Below, piece after piece: positions 1 through 12,349 of a stretch of DNA of 64,000 bases (its first letter is position 1; each line of letters starts with the position of its first letter). A program made the translations under genes and the position numbers. The notes below the pieces were generated by a model. It ran no database searches. It was given only the letters and a program-made list of their open reading frames with translations, and was not told where the DNA came from. The DNA is from Octopus sinensis. Its lineage: Eukaryota. The DNA lies in assembly GCF_006345805.1 (NCBI RefSeq), contig NC_043003.1, positions 68,510,001-68,574,000 of the forward strand, written 5' to 3'.

Positions 1-162
1 GGGATTTAAATTCTTCTAATAATTTATTTTGTATTTTCTTTTCACTTGTTTTCCAAATACTAATAGGGTTGATAATTTGTGATTTATTGATTCTCGAAGA
101 TGACGGTGTGCATGTAGAATTATGTTGCTCAATGAGGGCTTGCAAAGAGGCGCCTTTAAGCA

Positions 163-177
163 GATATATATATATAT

Positions 178-235
<58 letters not shown>

Positions 236-257
236 GGGGAGAGAGAGAGAGAAAGAT
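163..257. repeat. Compound microsatellite (AT)n-(GATA)n-(GA)n
   Basis: Read directly from the sequence. Confidence 0.95.
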
Positions 258-589
258 AGATAAACCATGAGCCACTCACATATTACTCCATTTGCCTATT
301 TCTCACGCTTCAGTTCTTCCTCCCTCCTCCCTCCCTCCCTCTCTATGTCTTTGCTTATGAACAAATGCATGAAGATATGTACGTATGTATGTTTTCTTGT
401 CCTTTTTATTATTCAAGTTTTACCTCTGAAGAAGGATCTGGTTTCTAACAAAATACAAAGCTCCAACGAGGAAATGTAGCTAATACAAACAAGGTAAGAC
501 CTTAAACTTGAGAAAAGTCTGGCATATTTTAACTGTCCTCCTTACAGATTGTATTTATATGCGAGTTGGTTATTTCTTTTTCTGAAAAT

Positions 590-850
590 CCAAGTTGAGT
601 ACTGGGGGTCGATATAATAGATTATCCTGTCCCCTGAAAATTTCAGGGGACAGAAAGGATTGTTGTACATAACAGCACAAGACGTCGAGCTGGCAGAGTC
701 GTTAGCATGCGGAACAAAATGTTTAGCAACATTTCCTTCATCTGTACGTTCTGAGTTCAAATTTCACCGAGTTCGACTTCGCTTCTCATTCTTTCGGTGC
801 TCCATAAATTAAATAGCAGTCAAATCCTACTTTCTTTGGATTCACAGTCA
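590..850 (+). mobile_element. tRNA-derived SINE family A, degraded copy plus upstream 3' fragment
   Basis: GAGCTGGCAGAGTCGTTAGCA head and GAGTTCAAATTTC B-box-like motif; similar to copies at 7443, 40983 and 46011. Confidence 0.8.
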
Positions 851-1120
851 CTGATAGGGTTGTGGGGTTGAGATGCCTTGTGAAATAGCGTATCTTGGAT
901 ATTTTAAACATGGTGGATCTCAGTCCCGGTGAGGTTAAAATATATGTTGATTTCGACAGAGAGAGAGACAAACAGGAAGAGAGAGAGACAGAAAGAGAGA
1001 GAGAAATAGAGAAAGAGAGATGGAGAGAGAGAGGGAGAGAGAGGGTGAGTTGGGGGTAGACTTATGTTCAGACTTGAGGAAAAAGGAGAGAGAGGAAGTT
1101 GTTGGACCTAAGATAGAAAT

Positions 1121-2144
1121 CGACCAACCAGCCAAAAAGTCGACCCACGACCAACAAACAAACCAGCCAACCAACCGACAAGCAAACCAACCAGGCGACC
1201 GACCGACAAACCAACCAACCAGGCGACCCACGACCAACCGACCAACCAACAAACCACCCTACCCACCGACAAACCAGCCAACCAGCCGAACAAGGACCAA
1301 ACGACCAACCATCCAACTAACCGACCCACGACCAACCGAACAAGCAACCGACCAGCCGACATACCGACCAACCGACCAACCAGCCAACAAGTACACCGAT
1401 CGACAAACCAACCGACCAGCCGACCTACAACCAACTGACCAACCAACCAACTAGCCGACACAACAACCAACCAACTAGCCGACCAACTCACAAACCAACC
1501 AACCAGCCGGTCCACGACCAACCGACCAACAAACCAACTATTCAAACCAACCGACAAACCAAACAACCAGTCGATCCACGACCAACTCACCAACCAACCA
1601 GCCGACCCACGACCAAAGGACCAACCAGCCGACCCACCGACCAACCCACCAACCAACCAGCCAGCCGACCCACAGACCAACCGACAAATCAACCAAACAG
1701 CCGACCCACGACCAACTAGCCGACCAACCAACCGACAAACCAGCCAACCAGCCGATCAACCGACCAACCAACCAACCAGTCACCCAACTGTCAAACCAAC
1801 CAACCAGCCGACCCACGACCGACCGACCAACCGACCAACCAACCAACCAGCCGGTCCACGACCAACCGACCAACCAACCAACCAGCCGACCCACGACCGA
1901 CCGACCAACCGACCAACCAACATAACCAGCCGACCCACGACAAACAGACCAACCAACCAACCAGCCGACCTACCGACCAACCAACCAACAAGTCAACCAA
2001 CCCACAAACCAGCCAACCAGCCGACCCACGACCAACAGACCAACCGACCAACAGACCAACTGACCAACCCACCAACCAACTAACCAGCCGACCCACGACC
2101 AAAGGACCAACCAGACAACCCACCGACCAACCCACTAACCAACT
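1121..2144. repeat. A/C-rich degenerate minisatellite of (CCAA/CCGA)n with a recurring CAGCCGACCCACGACCAACC unit
   Basis: About 1 kb with very little T on the plus strand; source of many spurious W/L/V/G-rich ORFs. Confidence 0.95.
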
Positions 2145-2215
2145 AAGTTACGGGGACGTGAACGCCGGTTGTCAAGCTGTCTTGAGAGAAAAACCCAAAC
2201 ACAAAGATATACACA
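2144..2215 (-). mobile_element. SINE family C, 3' fragment
   Basis: CTAAGTTACGGGGACGTGAAC...GGTTGTCAAGC is the reverse complement of the segment seen at 52630-52680 and matches 61630-61670. Confidence 0.65.
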
Positions 2216-2672
2216 CATAAGTATATACATACATGTATACACACACATGTATAAATACACATACGTTACATACATACGTACATACATACACATTATGTGT
2301 ATGTGTGTGTGTACATTTATATATTAACCTACCTACCTGCACATACGCATATATATATGTATGTATATACACACGCACGCCTATATATATTATGTACATA
2401 CACACATATTATTATAAAAAATGCTATTATCTTTTCCGGTCCCAGTATTTTTTTTTTTGAAATATGTCTTAAAAGAATAACTATCACAACAACCTTAATA
2501 CTACAGCAACAACAACAACAACTTAAACAATGTACAAGTGTATATATATATATAAAGCAGTAATAAACAATAATAAATACTGATAATTAAATAAAATAAT
2601 AAAAAGCGAGAAAGATAAAGTAGTAGCACGTCGTGACCAACCCATCTTTTATTCAGTGACTTTTATATAAAA

Positions 2673-2746
2673 ACTTAGCATTATGACCCGTCTTTGCCGG
2701 GTCATAGTGCTAGTGCATGTATATATGTTTACATATTACATGTACA

Positions 2747-2782
<36 letters not shown>

Positions 2783-3465
2783 CTACACATAAAATACAAA
2801 ATACAAAGTTATATCTCTATATCGCTAGTGATAACAATACTGAAAATATATAACAGACTGGAATTGTAGGACTATTCCATTTCTGCACGCTAATTTTATT
2901 TTTAATTTATTCCTATTCATGTGAAACCACTTATTCAAGTTCAAGTCATTGATGCAATTTTATACCAATTGCAATTTTTACTTTTGTTATGTTGCGATTA
3001 TATCATACTTTAGTTTGATTTTAATTATTACTTACTACATATAATCCAATTGTTATTATTATCTCTAATCTTTATTGTTAAAGTGAAAGTATCTGACATA
3101 AAATAGAGAAATGTTTTTGTTTCACTTTTAACACGTAATAATGAAATAGTGGAGAAGATATGATATTGCTATAGGCAAGAAGTTGAACATTTTTTTTGCC
3201 CATGAAACTACATGGACCCTAAGTAAGGCAGGTGTAAAATTTAAATGAAATTGGTTGTGTAGTTCTCAAGTTTTAGGGGATCGTAGTGGAGAAGATATGA
3301 TATTGCTGTGGGCTCGCCCTAGGCAAAAAGTTTTAAAAAATCTTTTGCCGTTGACACTCCCTGTACCCTAAGTAAGGCATGTGTAAAATTTGAATGAAAT
3401 TGGTTGTGTTTTAGCGAAACACACAGACAGACAAACACACATTCTCAGTTTTATATATATAGAGA
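2673..3465 (-). mobile_element. Probable non-autonomous Helitron-like element
   Basis: The minus strand starts A|TCTCTATATATATAAAACTGAGAATGTGTG followed by (TGTC)n. A GC-rich hairpin lies at 2676-2712, bounded by CTAG/CTAAG. There is an internal duplication of about 140-150 bp (3147-3260 vs 3285-3410). No TSD is visible. Confidence 0.5.
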
Positions 3466-3572
3466 TGTATGTATGTATGTTTGTGTGTATGTATCTGTGT
3501 GTGTATCTATGTATGCATGTTTGTTTGTATGTATGTACCTATGTATCTATGTGTATACGTATGTATATATAT

Positions 3573-3836
3573 TCATATAGCACACGAAGGGCCAGATTCA
3601 CTAACGTATCCGATAGAATACATTGCTAAAGACAACTTTGCATTTATCCCTTTTACAGTAGACAAATAATTACCATTCCGAAAACGAGATCGATTCTTCT
3701 TTTTTCCATATTTCGCCCTCATCCATTCTCTTTTTCCAATCCTTTCGAAGAAATCGTTTATGGTTAATCCTGGAGAGTCATGCTCAGCCACAATGCAATG
3801 CTCAAGATCTGCCGCTGTTATATCGCAATGGCTCCT
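3573..3836 (-). CDS. Candidate coding exon of unknown product (88 stop-free codons)
   Basis: Non-repetitive open frame RSHCDITAADLEHCIVAEHDSPGLTINDFFERIGKREWMRAKYGKKK...; weak acceptor TAG|3836 and possible donor ATG|GTAATT at 3674. No family recognised. Confidence 0.25.
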   Translation of the reverse strand, partial: RSHCDITAADLEHCIVAEHDSPGLTINDFFERIGKREWMRAKYGKKKNRSRFRNGNYLSTVKGINAKLSLAMYSIGYVSESGPSCAI

Positions 3837-4599
3837 CTACATTGAATCCAAGTTTTAAATATGTATGTGTGTGTACCTGTGTGTGCGTGTGCGTCTGTGT
3901 GCGCCTTTGTATGTCTCTAAGTGTGTGTATGTGTATATCTATGTATGTAATTGTTGTATCAATTGTGAATAGAAGATAATGCGTCTCGAAGTAATTCAGT
4001 AACCAACCGTTTATATCACAACTTCTTACCATAATCGCCTTTATTCTTGTTATCTAATCCATCTTAATGTTTGCTAGATCACAGAAAAAAATCAGGAATT
4101 ATGTTTTTTCATAGGATTTGTCATGCCTTGCCGCTAATAATATGTCATTCCTCTTCTTTTCCTATATTTGATAGAACTCAGATATAACGCTAGATAAACT
4201 ATTATTTTGTTCAATGCTTGCTGTGTAATCTCTCCTTTCATATTAATGCATATAGCATCTTCTAAGCAGTTATTTGTCAGGTCACACATGTATATGTGTC
4301 TGACTGAATGCGTATGTCTCTCTGCATGTACTATTTCTCCATAATCATATTTATATTTTTTGATTGTCTTCAACATCTATACACATCTCTGAGTTTAAAA
4401 TACATACAGTGATTAACTTTTTTTATAGCATTAGTAGGGCATATATGCATTACCCAGCTATCCTACTTTCAGTCGGTTTTGTGAATATTTAAGACATTTT
4501 TGCGCGTTTCACTCCCTTATATTTGAACAATTTCCAAATCTGCTTTTATTACAAGGATTCTTTCTGTTTTCAGCCCCTGCAGTGAATCACTATTGTCAG

Positions 4600-4925
4600 A
4601 CATTGTAAAACATTTGTGTATCCCTTATAGGTATAACATCTATTTGCGACTGACAAATCGATTAGGAAACACTTCCTTTCCTGTTCATCTTTATAAATCT
4701 CGGGCCGATAGTCATTGAGAACATTCGCTTTGTAGTGAATTGCCAAATCCTGGCATCTGGTCACTTTTCCCTTCATTGTGGCCTTTCTTTGTACATGTTT
4801 CTCATCTGTTTTCTTTTGATATTTGATTATATTGTCACATCGTTTCCAGCATGTGATATATTCCACTTTGTCATACTGGATCCTGTGCAGGAAATGCACT
4901 TGCGGCGATGTGCTGAGACGGCAAC
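4600..4925 (-). mobile_element. Decayed R4/Dong-like non-LTR fragment (restriction-like endonuclease region)
   Basis: Translation YDKVEYI..W / KATMKGKVT / YRPEIYKDEQERKCFLIDLSV resembles the RHD..W / RPDI..ID motifs of RLE domains. Confidence 0.6.
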
Positions 4926-5052
4926 TAAAGCAATGATAAGTAATATAAAGCTACATTAGTAATATAAGTAATATAAAACTGTATTATATATATATATATA
5001 AGCAGCCATTCAAATAATATATGCAGCAGCTAATATGATCTCTGAAGTTGTA

Positions 5053-5290
5053 TGGGGCTTAGTTTGTAGAGCGTTGCTCGCGCAATTGTGGCTTCGATTC
5101 CCAGATCAGAGTGACACCGTTGTGTTATGGTGCAAAACATTTCATTTCACATTGCTCCAGGCCACAAGTTTGGAGTTCCAGCAACAACTATAAAGTTTAC
5201 CCTGTGACGGACTGCCGTCCCATTCACGCAAGAGGAATGTTCCAATCTTAGTCACTTATTCGCTATGGAAACTGTGAGAAACATTGTGCT
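5053..5290 (+). mobile_element. tRNA-derived SINE with CORE-like and V-like segments (family B)
   Basis: A/B-box-like head, TTTCACATTGCTCCAG core, CCCTGTGACGGACTGCCGTCCC segment shared with 17243, 26826 and 59840. Confidence 0.6.
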
Positions 5291-6199
5291 TATGATTTCT
5301 AAAGCTTATGACAGATCAAATTCTAAGATAAAAATGGTCTATAAAAATGTAGGTTTACAGGAATTAGAATTACCATGAACATATGTTTTTGCATCAATAT
5401 TTGTCACATGGTGCATGAGCAGAAATGTAATCAAACCGGTTGCATATATATAATAAGCAGTCCTAAATCATATGCTTAGCAGTTGCTTTCCAGCATGAAA
5501 CTGCAAGGTACAGAAATGCGTTCACAGAATTAGCTTTTACAAATATTCGGGCATCGCTGTCCACCGTTTTATCTATTGAAATTCAGCTTTACAAGTTTAA
5601 AGTTTATTCTAGTTGTTCTCTTCAGATCATCACGTAAAGGAAAAAGAAATGGAAATATTTTATGCAAGAAGCGACAGGAATAACTTACAGCTTAGGAAGT
5701 TGTTGAGTTAAGTACGTGTCTTCTCCTGAAATTTGGGGGAAAGGAATCCGTTTTGAAGTAGATTTTTGTATGTTACAAGACAGGAAGTGTGTATAGGTAT
5801 AAACGCGTAGATGGGGAAATGCCTTGTAACAGTTGCAAAATGTTTTTGTTTTCTTTTTGTTTGTTTTTTGTTGTTTTTTTAGGGGGGGGGTGTTGTATGA
5901 TAGTTATGAAAACATGCAAGAGATGGGATTCTGAATTTTGTATCGTTTCTCGTTCCAGTATTCCTGCACCTTTTCAAACTTTGATTAGATCCTGTAGAGA
6001 CAAACGTAAATGTTACTAACTGTTTAATTTGACTGAAGCTCAGATTAGCAATAGATAACTGTATTGTTTGTAGTAATGGACATAAGCGATGAGAATTCAA
6101 TAGTTTGTGTTGATGTGATTCATATATGCGAGTTACATACGAAGAGAAAGCATTCGTATTGTGTCGGATAACTGAGATGCAAAGTAGATGTTCTTTTAT

Positions 6200-6950
6200 C
6201 ATTAGTTCATCTTTTGTTGTCGATGAGGACGAAGAACATCACATGGGAGAAGATGGGGCTCAGTTTGTCAGTTTGTGGCTAATCAGTCCGATGCGTGCTC
6301 GGAAATCTCTGCCACATGTCGAGAATTGGTGACTTGTTGAGACTGAAACCAAGGAGATGGCTCTGAACTTGCGCAATTTGTTTTTTCTTTGGGCCCCCTG
6401 CAATCTTGTTCTGTTTGTAGGAGGTCTCTATTCTCTTGGTGCAGCTTTACCAGGCAAGGCGGTCTTGTGCTTGCGTTTCCCAGGTGTCAGAGTTCATTTC
6501 AAAGCTCTTCGGTGAGGCTTCGAGTGTGCTCTTGTAGTGATTTCTCTGTCCACTTTGTGGGCACTTACCTTGTGCCAGTTCGCTGGGGAATCGCATGTCA
6601 GACAGTCGAACAAAGCGGTCTACCCAGCTGACTTGCACTCGCTTCAATAATCTGTGTCTAGCAGATCAGCTCCAGAGAGGGACTTTGTGTCTGGGAGCTT
6701 GTCTTGCCAGGTTATTTTCAGCAGCTTCCTCAAGCAGTTTATGCGAAAGCCGTTTAGCTTGTTGTGTTGGCGTAGAGTTCGTGGACTGTTCACGTTTCGC
6801 TAGTTGCCTACAGTAGCGTAGGCAACAAAACAGCTCGGTGCACGTTTAACATTTTGTTCAGCCGATTATCTTTTCCTCGAGCAGCTTCGGCCAGTAGAGA
6901 ATTCTGATCTGTCGTGACAGTAGTAGTCGGAGAATTGCTACAGTTTCATT
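6200..6950 (-). mobile_element. RTE-clade LINE 3' portion, frameshifted
   Basis: Minus translation includes KITWQDK, ELAQGKCPQSGQRNHYKSTLEAS..DTWETQAQDRLAW and a terminal RARIGLISH zinc-finger remnant, typical of RTE C-termini. Confidence 0.85.
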
Positions 6951-6956
6951 TATGAA

Positions 6957-7152
6957 TGGCTTTGGGTAAAAGAAAATACAGGAAGATCGGTTAATTATAA
7001 TTTTATTCAACACACCCCCTCCGACTCACACACTTATTGCAGAGGTCATCAATTCTTCTAAGCCCTGTAATAGAACTCGGAAGGTTGGGGCTCCAACCAG
7101 GCCTTTTGCAACACCCTTAAACCTAGGAACATTTCAGCACACCCTCGTGTAT
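6957..7152. mobile_element. Mariner-type MITE remnant
   Basis: Right end GGAACATTTCAGCACACCCTCGTGTA looks like a mariner TIR; the left TIR is lost at the RTE junction. Confidence 0.55.
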
Positions 7153-7204
7153 TACGTTGCACCTGGAATAGTTCATTAAATGAATTATTCAATTACTTGT
7201 AGAA

Positions 7205-7409
7205 TATTTGTTTCAAATTTTGCACGAGGCCAGTAATTTAAGGGAGGGGGTTACTCGTTTACATCAACCCAACAAATCAACTGGCACTTATTTTATCAAC
7301 CTCCGAGGGATATATTGGCAAAGTCGCCTTCGGTGGCATTTGAACACAGAACGTAAAGTCAGACAAAATGCCGCTAAACGGTGGACTAAATATTCTGCTA
7401 GCTCGCCGC
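7205..7409 (-). mobile_element. SINE family A
   Basis: Reverse-complement similarity to 7443-7620. Confidence 0.8.
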
Positions 7410-7442
7410 TTTAATTATTTGTATAATATTGACAAATTTAGA

Positions 7443-8010
7443 AGGCAGCGAGCAGGCAGAAATGTTAGCACGCCGGGCGAAGTGCTTAGCAATATTTCGT
7501 CTACCGTTCCGTTCTAAGTTCAAATTCCGCCGAGGTCGACTTTGCTTTTCATCCTTTCGAGGTCGATAAATTAAGTACGAGTTACGCACCGGGGTCGATG
7601 TAATCGACTTAAACCGTTTGTCTGTCCTTCTTTGTCCCCTCTGTGTGTAGCCCCTTGTGGACAGTAAAGAAATAGGTATTTCGTCTGCCACTATGTTCTG
7701 AGTTCAAATTCCGCGGAGGTCGACTTTGCCTTTCATCCTTTCGGGGTTGATTAAATAAGTACCAATTACGCACTGGAGTTGATGTAATCGACTTAATGCG
7801 TTTGTCTGTCCTTGTTTGTCCCCTCTGTGTTTAGCCCCTTGTGCGTAGTAAAGAAAAAGGAATTTCGTCTGTCTTTACGTCAAATTCAGCCGATGTCGAC
7901 TTGCCTTTCATCCCTTCGGGGTCGATAAATTAAGTATCACTTGCGTACTGGAATCGATCTAATCGACTGCCCCTCCCCCAAAACTGTCGAGCCTTGTGGC
8001 TAGAGTGGAA
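7443..8010 (+). mobile_element. SINE family A, head-to-tail trimer
   Basis: Units at 7443-7676, 7677-7860 and 7861-8010; units 2 and 3 lack the A-box head. Confidence 0.9.
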
Positions 8011-8147
8011 AAGAATACTGACAATTTGAGAGATAATAGAAAATATTCAATTCCAAGCACAAATCTGTCACACATATACGTGTGTGTTTGTGCTACCTAC
8101 ATCTGTGCGAAGATAGGAGAACAGTATGAAATATTCACTATGTACAT

Positions 8148-8345
8148 TATTTTACATTATTTACATTCGACGGATATTTGTCCTCATCTTGTTTGTATAT
8201 CAGCTGATATACCCTCCAGCCGTCATCAGGTGTCTTATAGAAACTTCGAAACGTTGTGTTAACAACAAACAAGATGAGGACAAATATCTATCAAATGTAA
8301 ATAATGTAAATAATGTATATAATTCCTCATCTCTTAAATATAGAA
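8148..8345. mobile_element. Penelope-like pLTR fragment in inverted arrangement, with a split hammerhead
   Basis: Arms at about 8150-8196 and 8265-8312 are inverted copies. The same family occurs at 12350-12492. CTGATGA+stem II is on minus and GAAACGTTGTGTT is on plus. Confidence 0.65.
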
Positions 8346-9347
8346 CAGTGCGAAATATATTTGCATGCTTACATTTTTAAATGCATTTTCCTTCTGAGTT
8401 TCTGTATCTCTGACTGCTCAGACTTGCATGTGCACTCTCACATAATAACTGAGTATGAACTCACCTGAACGACTTAAACATTGACATTTATACAGTTACG
8501 TCATAATTTCCTGATACGTCCTTCAACGCGATCACTCCACTCTTCAATCACAACTGGTAATTACCAAACATTTGCGCACGCCCGCCTTTAAGACATGCAA
8601 AAGTTATTGCATAATTATAACCACATCTTAAAAATATAAGTAGACAAAAATCAACTGCACCTTCTTTGCTTGTATTTCTGCTTCATCTGAAAGTCTGCAG
8701 ACGACCGCTGAATTGGAAAAAAAAAAGGAATTTTCTTTTGTTATTCCGTTACATTATAATCTAGACTAGAATCAACTGGAGACACAAAGTAAATGCGATA
8801 CTTTATCGCAATTGCTAATTACACACTGTACCATACCTCCTAATGGAATACATTTACTGTTGAATGTGCAGAGCAAATGAATCTAATATATTAAGTAGTA
8901 ATGAGACACCAGAGACAATAGAGATCTCTGTTGTCATATGTTAACCGTTCCTTCTCACCCGACTCTTATTACGCATTATCAATCTCAGCACTGAGAGTAT
9001 TACCTTTTTTGTTGTATTTTCTAGATTTGTTCTTCGGCAGGTGTTCTGATAGTTATTTTCTTTTATTAGTTATATATACTTGGCAAAATATACACCGGAT
9101 CCTTCAGACTATAAGTATTTAACAAAACAGAGCTTCAGTAATATTGTAAATAATTATTGACATGCGTATGGTCAATAAGCGTACATGCATACATATATTT
9201 AGTCTTGTCGTGTATATCTGGCGCCATGGTTAGCTTACAGGTTCAGCAGGTATGAATAACGACCTGAATATTTTCATAAGTTGCTAGAAATTTTGCTTAA
9301 CTTAAACTGCATTGTATCTGACGTACGCCATTGGAATTACATTACTA

Positions 9348-9914
9348 ATATGTTGTCCGGAAAGTTCGTGCCGATTTTTAATGGAAAGAAAAAGGTCAAT
9401 AAATACTTGCTATTACATTTTTAATCAACCAAATATGAACCATTTTGTTTCACAATGCGTCTCCATCTTTCCTTTAACTTGAAAATACCCTTTTCCCAGA
9501 ATTAAGGTGGTTTCATGGCAAACAATTCATCAAGGTATCTTTTTACGTCATCCAAGGAATTGAAAGTTTTACCATTAAGACTATTCTGCAGAGACCTGAA
9601 TAAGTGCAAATCCGAAGAATCAACATCTGGTGAATATGTAGGGTGGGGTAACACATCCCAGCCGAGCTGCAGCAATTTTTGTGTGGTTCCCAAAGCATCA
9701 AGTGCCGAAAATGAACTTTCTTATCTTCCATTATAAAGGGTTACAAAATTAACACAGGTTAAAGGAACATAAACCTTCTTTCACAAAAAGATAGCTTAAA
9801 CTGTGCTCTAAATGTAGGTGTAGTCAAATCCTCTTTTATGGACTCAGCCTGTTCTAAAATAAGTCGAAATGTAAGCTACTATAAATCGGCACGAACTTTC
9901 CGGACAACTCAATA
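9348..9914 (-). mobile_element. Internally deleted mariner (DD34D) element
   Basis: TIRs GTTGTCCGGAAAGTTCGTGCCGATTT / AAATCGGCACGAACTTTCCGGACAAC with TA flanks; minus ORF GWDVLPHPTYSPDVDSSDLHLFRSL. Confidence 0.9.
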
Positions 9915-10200
9915 TAAGTATGGTAACTCTATTTCCTTCGAGATCTTGAAAGACAGAGATAAATGATCCCAAATGAAATTTTCCATGGGAGAGGAAACTA
10001 GTCCGTTAGATTTTACTTTCCGAGATGCCCAAATCTTCGTGATTAAAACAGGAAGTTCACATTCTCCACCTGTGTAAATATTTGTTTATTAAAAAGTTGA
10101 ATACGATTTGTTATAAACATTTATTCATAAACCATGCGACGCTTTCCAACTTAGGCACACTTTGCTCAAATTAAATTTCACAAGATAAAATGTAATAAAG

Positions 10201-10204
<4 letters not shown>

Positions 10205-10281
<77 letters not shown>
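10205..10281. repeat. (AT)n microsatellite
   Basis: Read directly from the sequence. Confidence 0.95.
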
Positions 10282-10284
<3 letters not shown>

Positions 10285-12232
10285 TTATAATTCCGTTTTT
10301 CGTGGCTTCTGTCGTCATGTCTAGAACATTTTACATGCCTGCCTGAATTAAAAATATAACAATCGACCTCACATTTCAAAAAACGTCCAATTTATTTTGC
10401 CTAACACAAAACGAAATCGTACTACAATAGAAAACACAATATTTCCTTGTCGTGCTATAATTAATCATACTAAAATAAGTCTACACATTTATTCAAATGC
10501 CATATGGTATTATTACAGAAATTTCGAAAATAAATCAGATCTATCGAAATAAAAATAGATTAAAAAGTAAATAAATGAATGTTTGGGACAAAACTTAATT
10601 AGCTGTTTACAATATATTGTGAGAGATGGAATGATTTACACAGACAATACAAGAACTTCATTGATGACCGAAAGTAAATAAGAGTCAAAAAGATAGCCAA
10701 CATGTCTAACGGGAATTTTCTGTTATTAGCAATGCTACTTTGACTGTAATAATGTAAATGTAACTTGCTTAGTTAGTTTGTGCTTAAAATGGACAGCAAA
10801 CATTGTACATCCAAGCAAAGTAATATCATTTATCTCTCTGTATCACCGTTGACAAAATCAAATTAAATTGTCTACTTCATAACATGTTGAGAGGCAATAC
10901 TAGATGTAATAAGTGTAATTGTTTTAGATGAACCTAACGTTCGTTCCGTAGAATTGGTGTTAGTGGTGCAACGGCATTTTACTTACAACCTGGTAATTAC
11001 ATCGTATTCCTTATAGCAACACTTACCCTCTTCGGATGTTTCTACGCGTTCATTTATATGATTAGATCCTGTGTTGTAAGTATTTCGTTATTCTATTATG
11101 TACGTTACTTCTATTTACGTTTTAAATTCACTTTCCAACTAATTACACAATATAGTCAGACTTATTTTCAGAAACACTATGAATAGATAACGACCAACTC
11201 TTTTCAAGGAAATTAACCCTATATTCTTTTCGATGTCTTCTTTTTTATCCTTATATCATATATTATGGATACTTTTGTAAAGTTCTTTAGTTTTACGACT
11301 CTTTATTGCCTAAAATAAACGTACTTCAACGTGGCCGCATAAATTGCTAATAGTAACTGCCAGATTAGCCTAAAAAAAAAACATCTTCTGAAAACCTATG
11401 ACACAATATTTCGGGATAAACAAAATCGAAAATTGAAAAGCAAATTTAAAACAATGGATGATTGCAAATGAATGAAATTTTTCGTAGGTTATTTCAATCA
11501 ATACCATCTTAAAATATTATTATATTAACACAATAAACAGATAAAAGGTACGAGTAAATTTTAATATTTGTTATAGCATATAATACTAAATGTATAACAG
11601 GGTGGAAGACACACGTTGGCCATTAAATACAAAAATGCTGTTAACTATGGTTAAGCATTTATTAAGTGGTGCCAAAACGTTTGTCGCACAAACTGTTAGC
11701 TGATTCGTAATATTTAAGTGAAGTTAAGAATTTCTGAGTGTTTTTGATTAGGTAATGTGTAGCCTTTATACAGTAATTACTTTAGCGCCAACAGACATTC
11801 TCAAATCAAATCACTCGTTAGCGAAGTACATTCTCCGAAATATATCGAACTACTTTCCTCTATATACAGGAATGAAGAACACTTCAGACTGCCCGTACAT
11901 AAACGTTTTTCAACTTCATTCTCACTATTCTGTTCAGATGAAGGCTACATTTTAATATTAAAAACGCCATTGCATAATTGTATGTTTGATACTTGTGTTT
12001 GTTCCATATGTCGATAAGTAAAGTGGGGTTGTTGTTGGCCTTGAGTCAGCAGTCGAAAGCTCAGAATATTTCAATCGCGGGCAGGGAATTAGAGCAACTG
12101 TACACATTATACGAGATTTCACAGTGTGACTATAAGTTTGTATGATGATATTTATGAATATATGAGACATACTGTGTGGTAGTTTCTTTCAGCAGGCTTT
12201 AAACATCTGTGTGTATGTGTGTGTAAGCAAAT

Positions 12233-12281
<49 letters not shown>

Positions 12282-12349
12282 CAGATAGACAGGCATACAT
12301 GCATACAGACAGACAGATAGACTGATAGGTAGGCAGACAGAGAGATATT

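Noticed and set aside
424-460. CUGAAGA-A-GG motif; similar partial hits at 34767, 52826, 60428 and 61400-61445
   Set aside because: Missing or altered GAAA, or no helix I pairing; compatible with chance or with decay too deep to call.
7443-7995. Regularly spaced repeats suggestive of CRISPR
   Set aside because: Eukaryotic SINE multimers of about 184 bp with no unique spacers and no cas genes.
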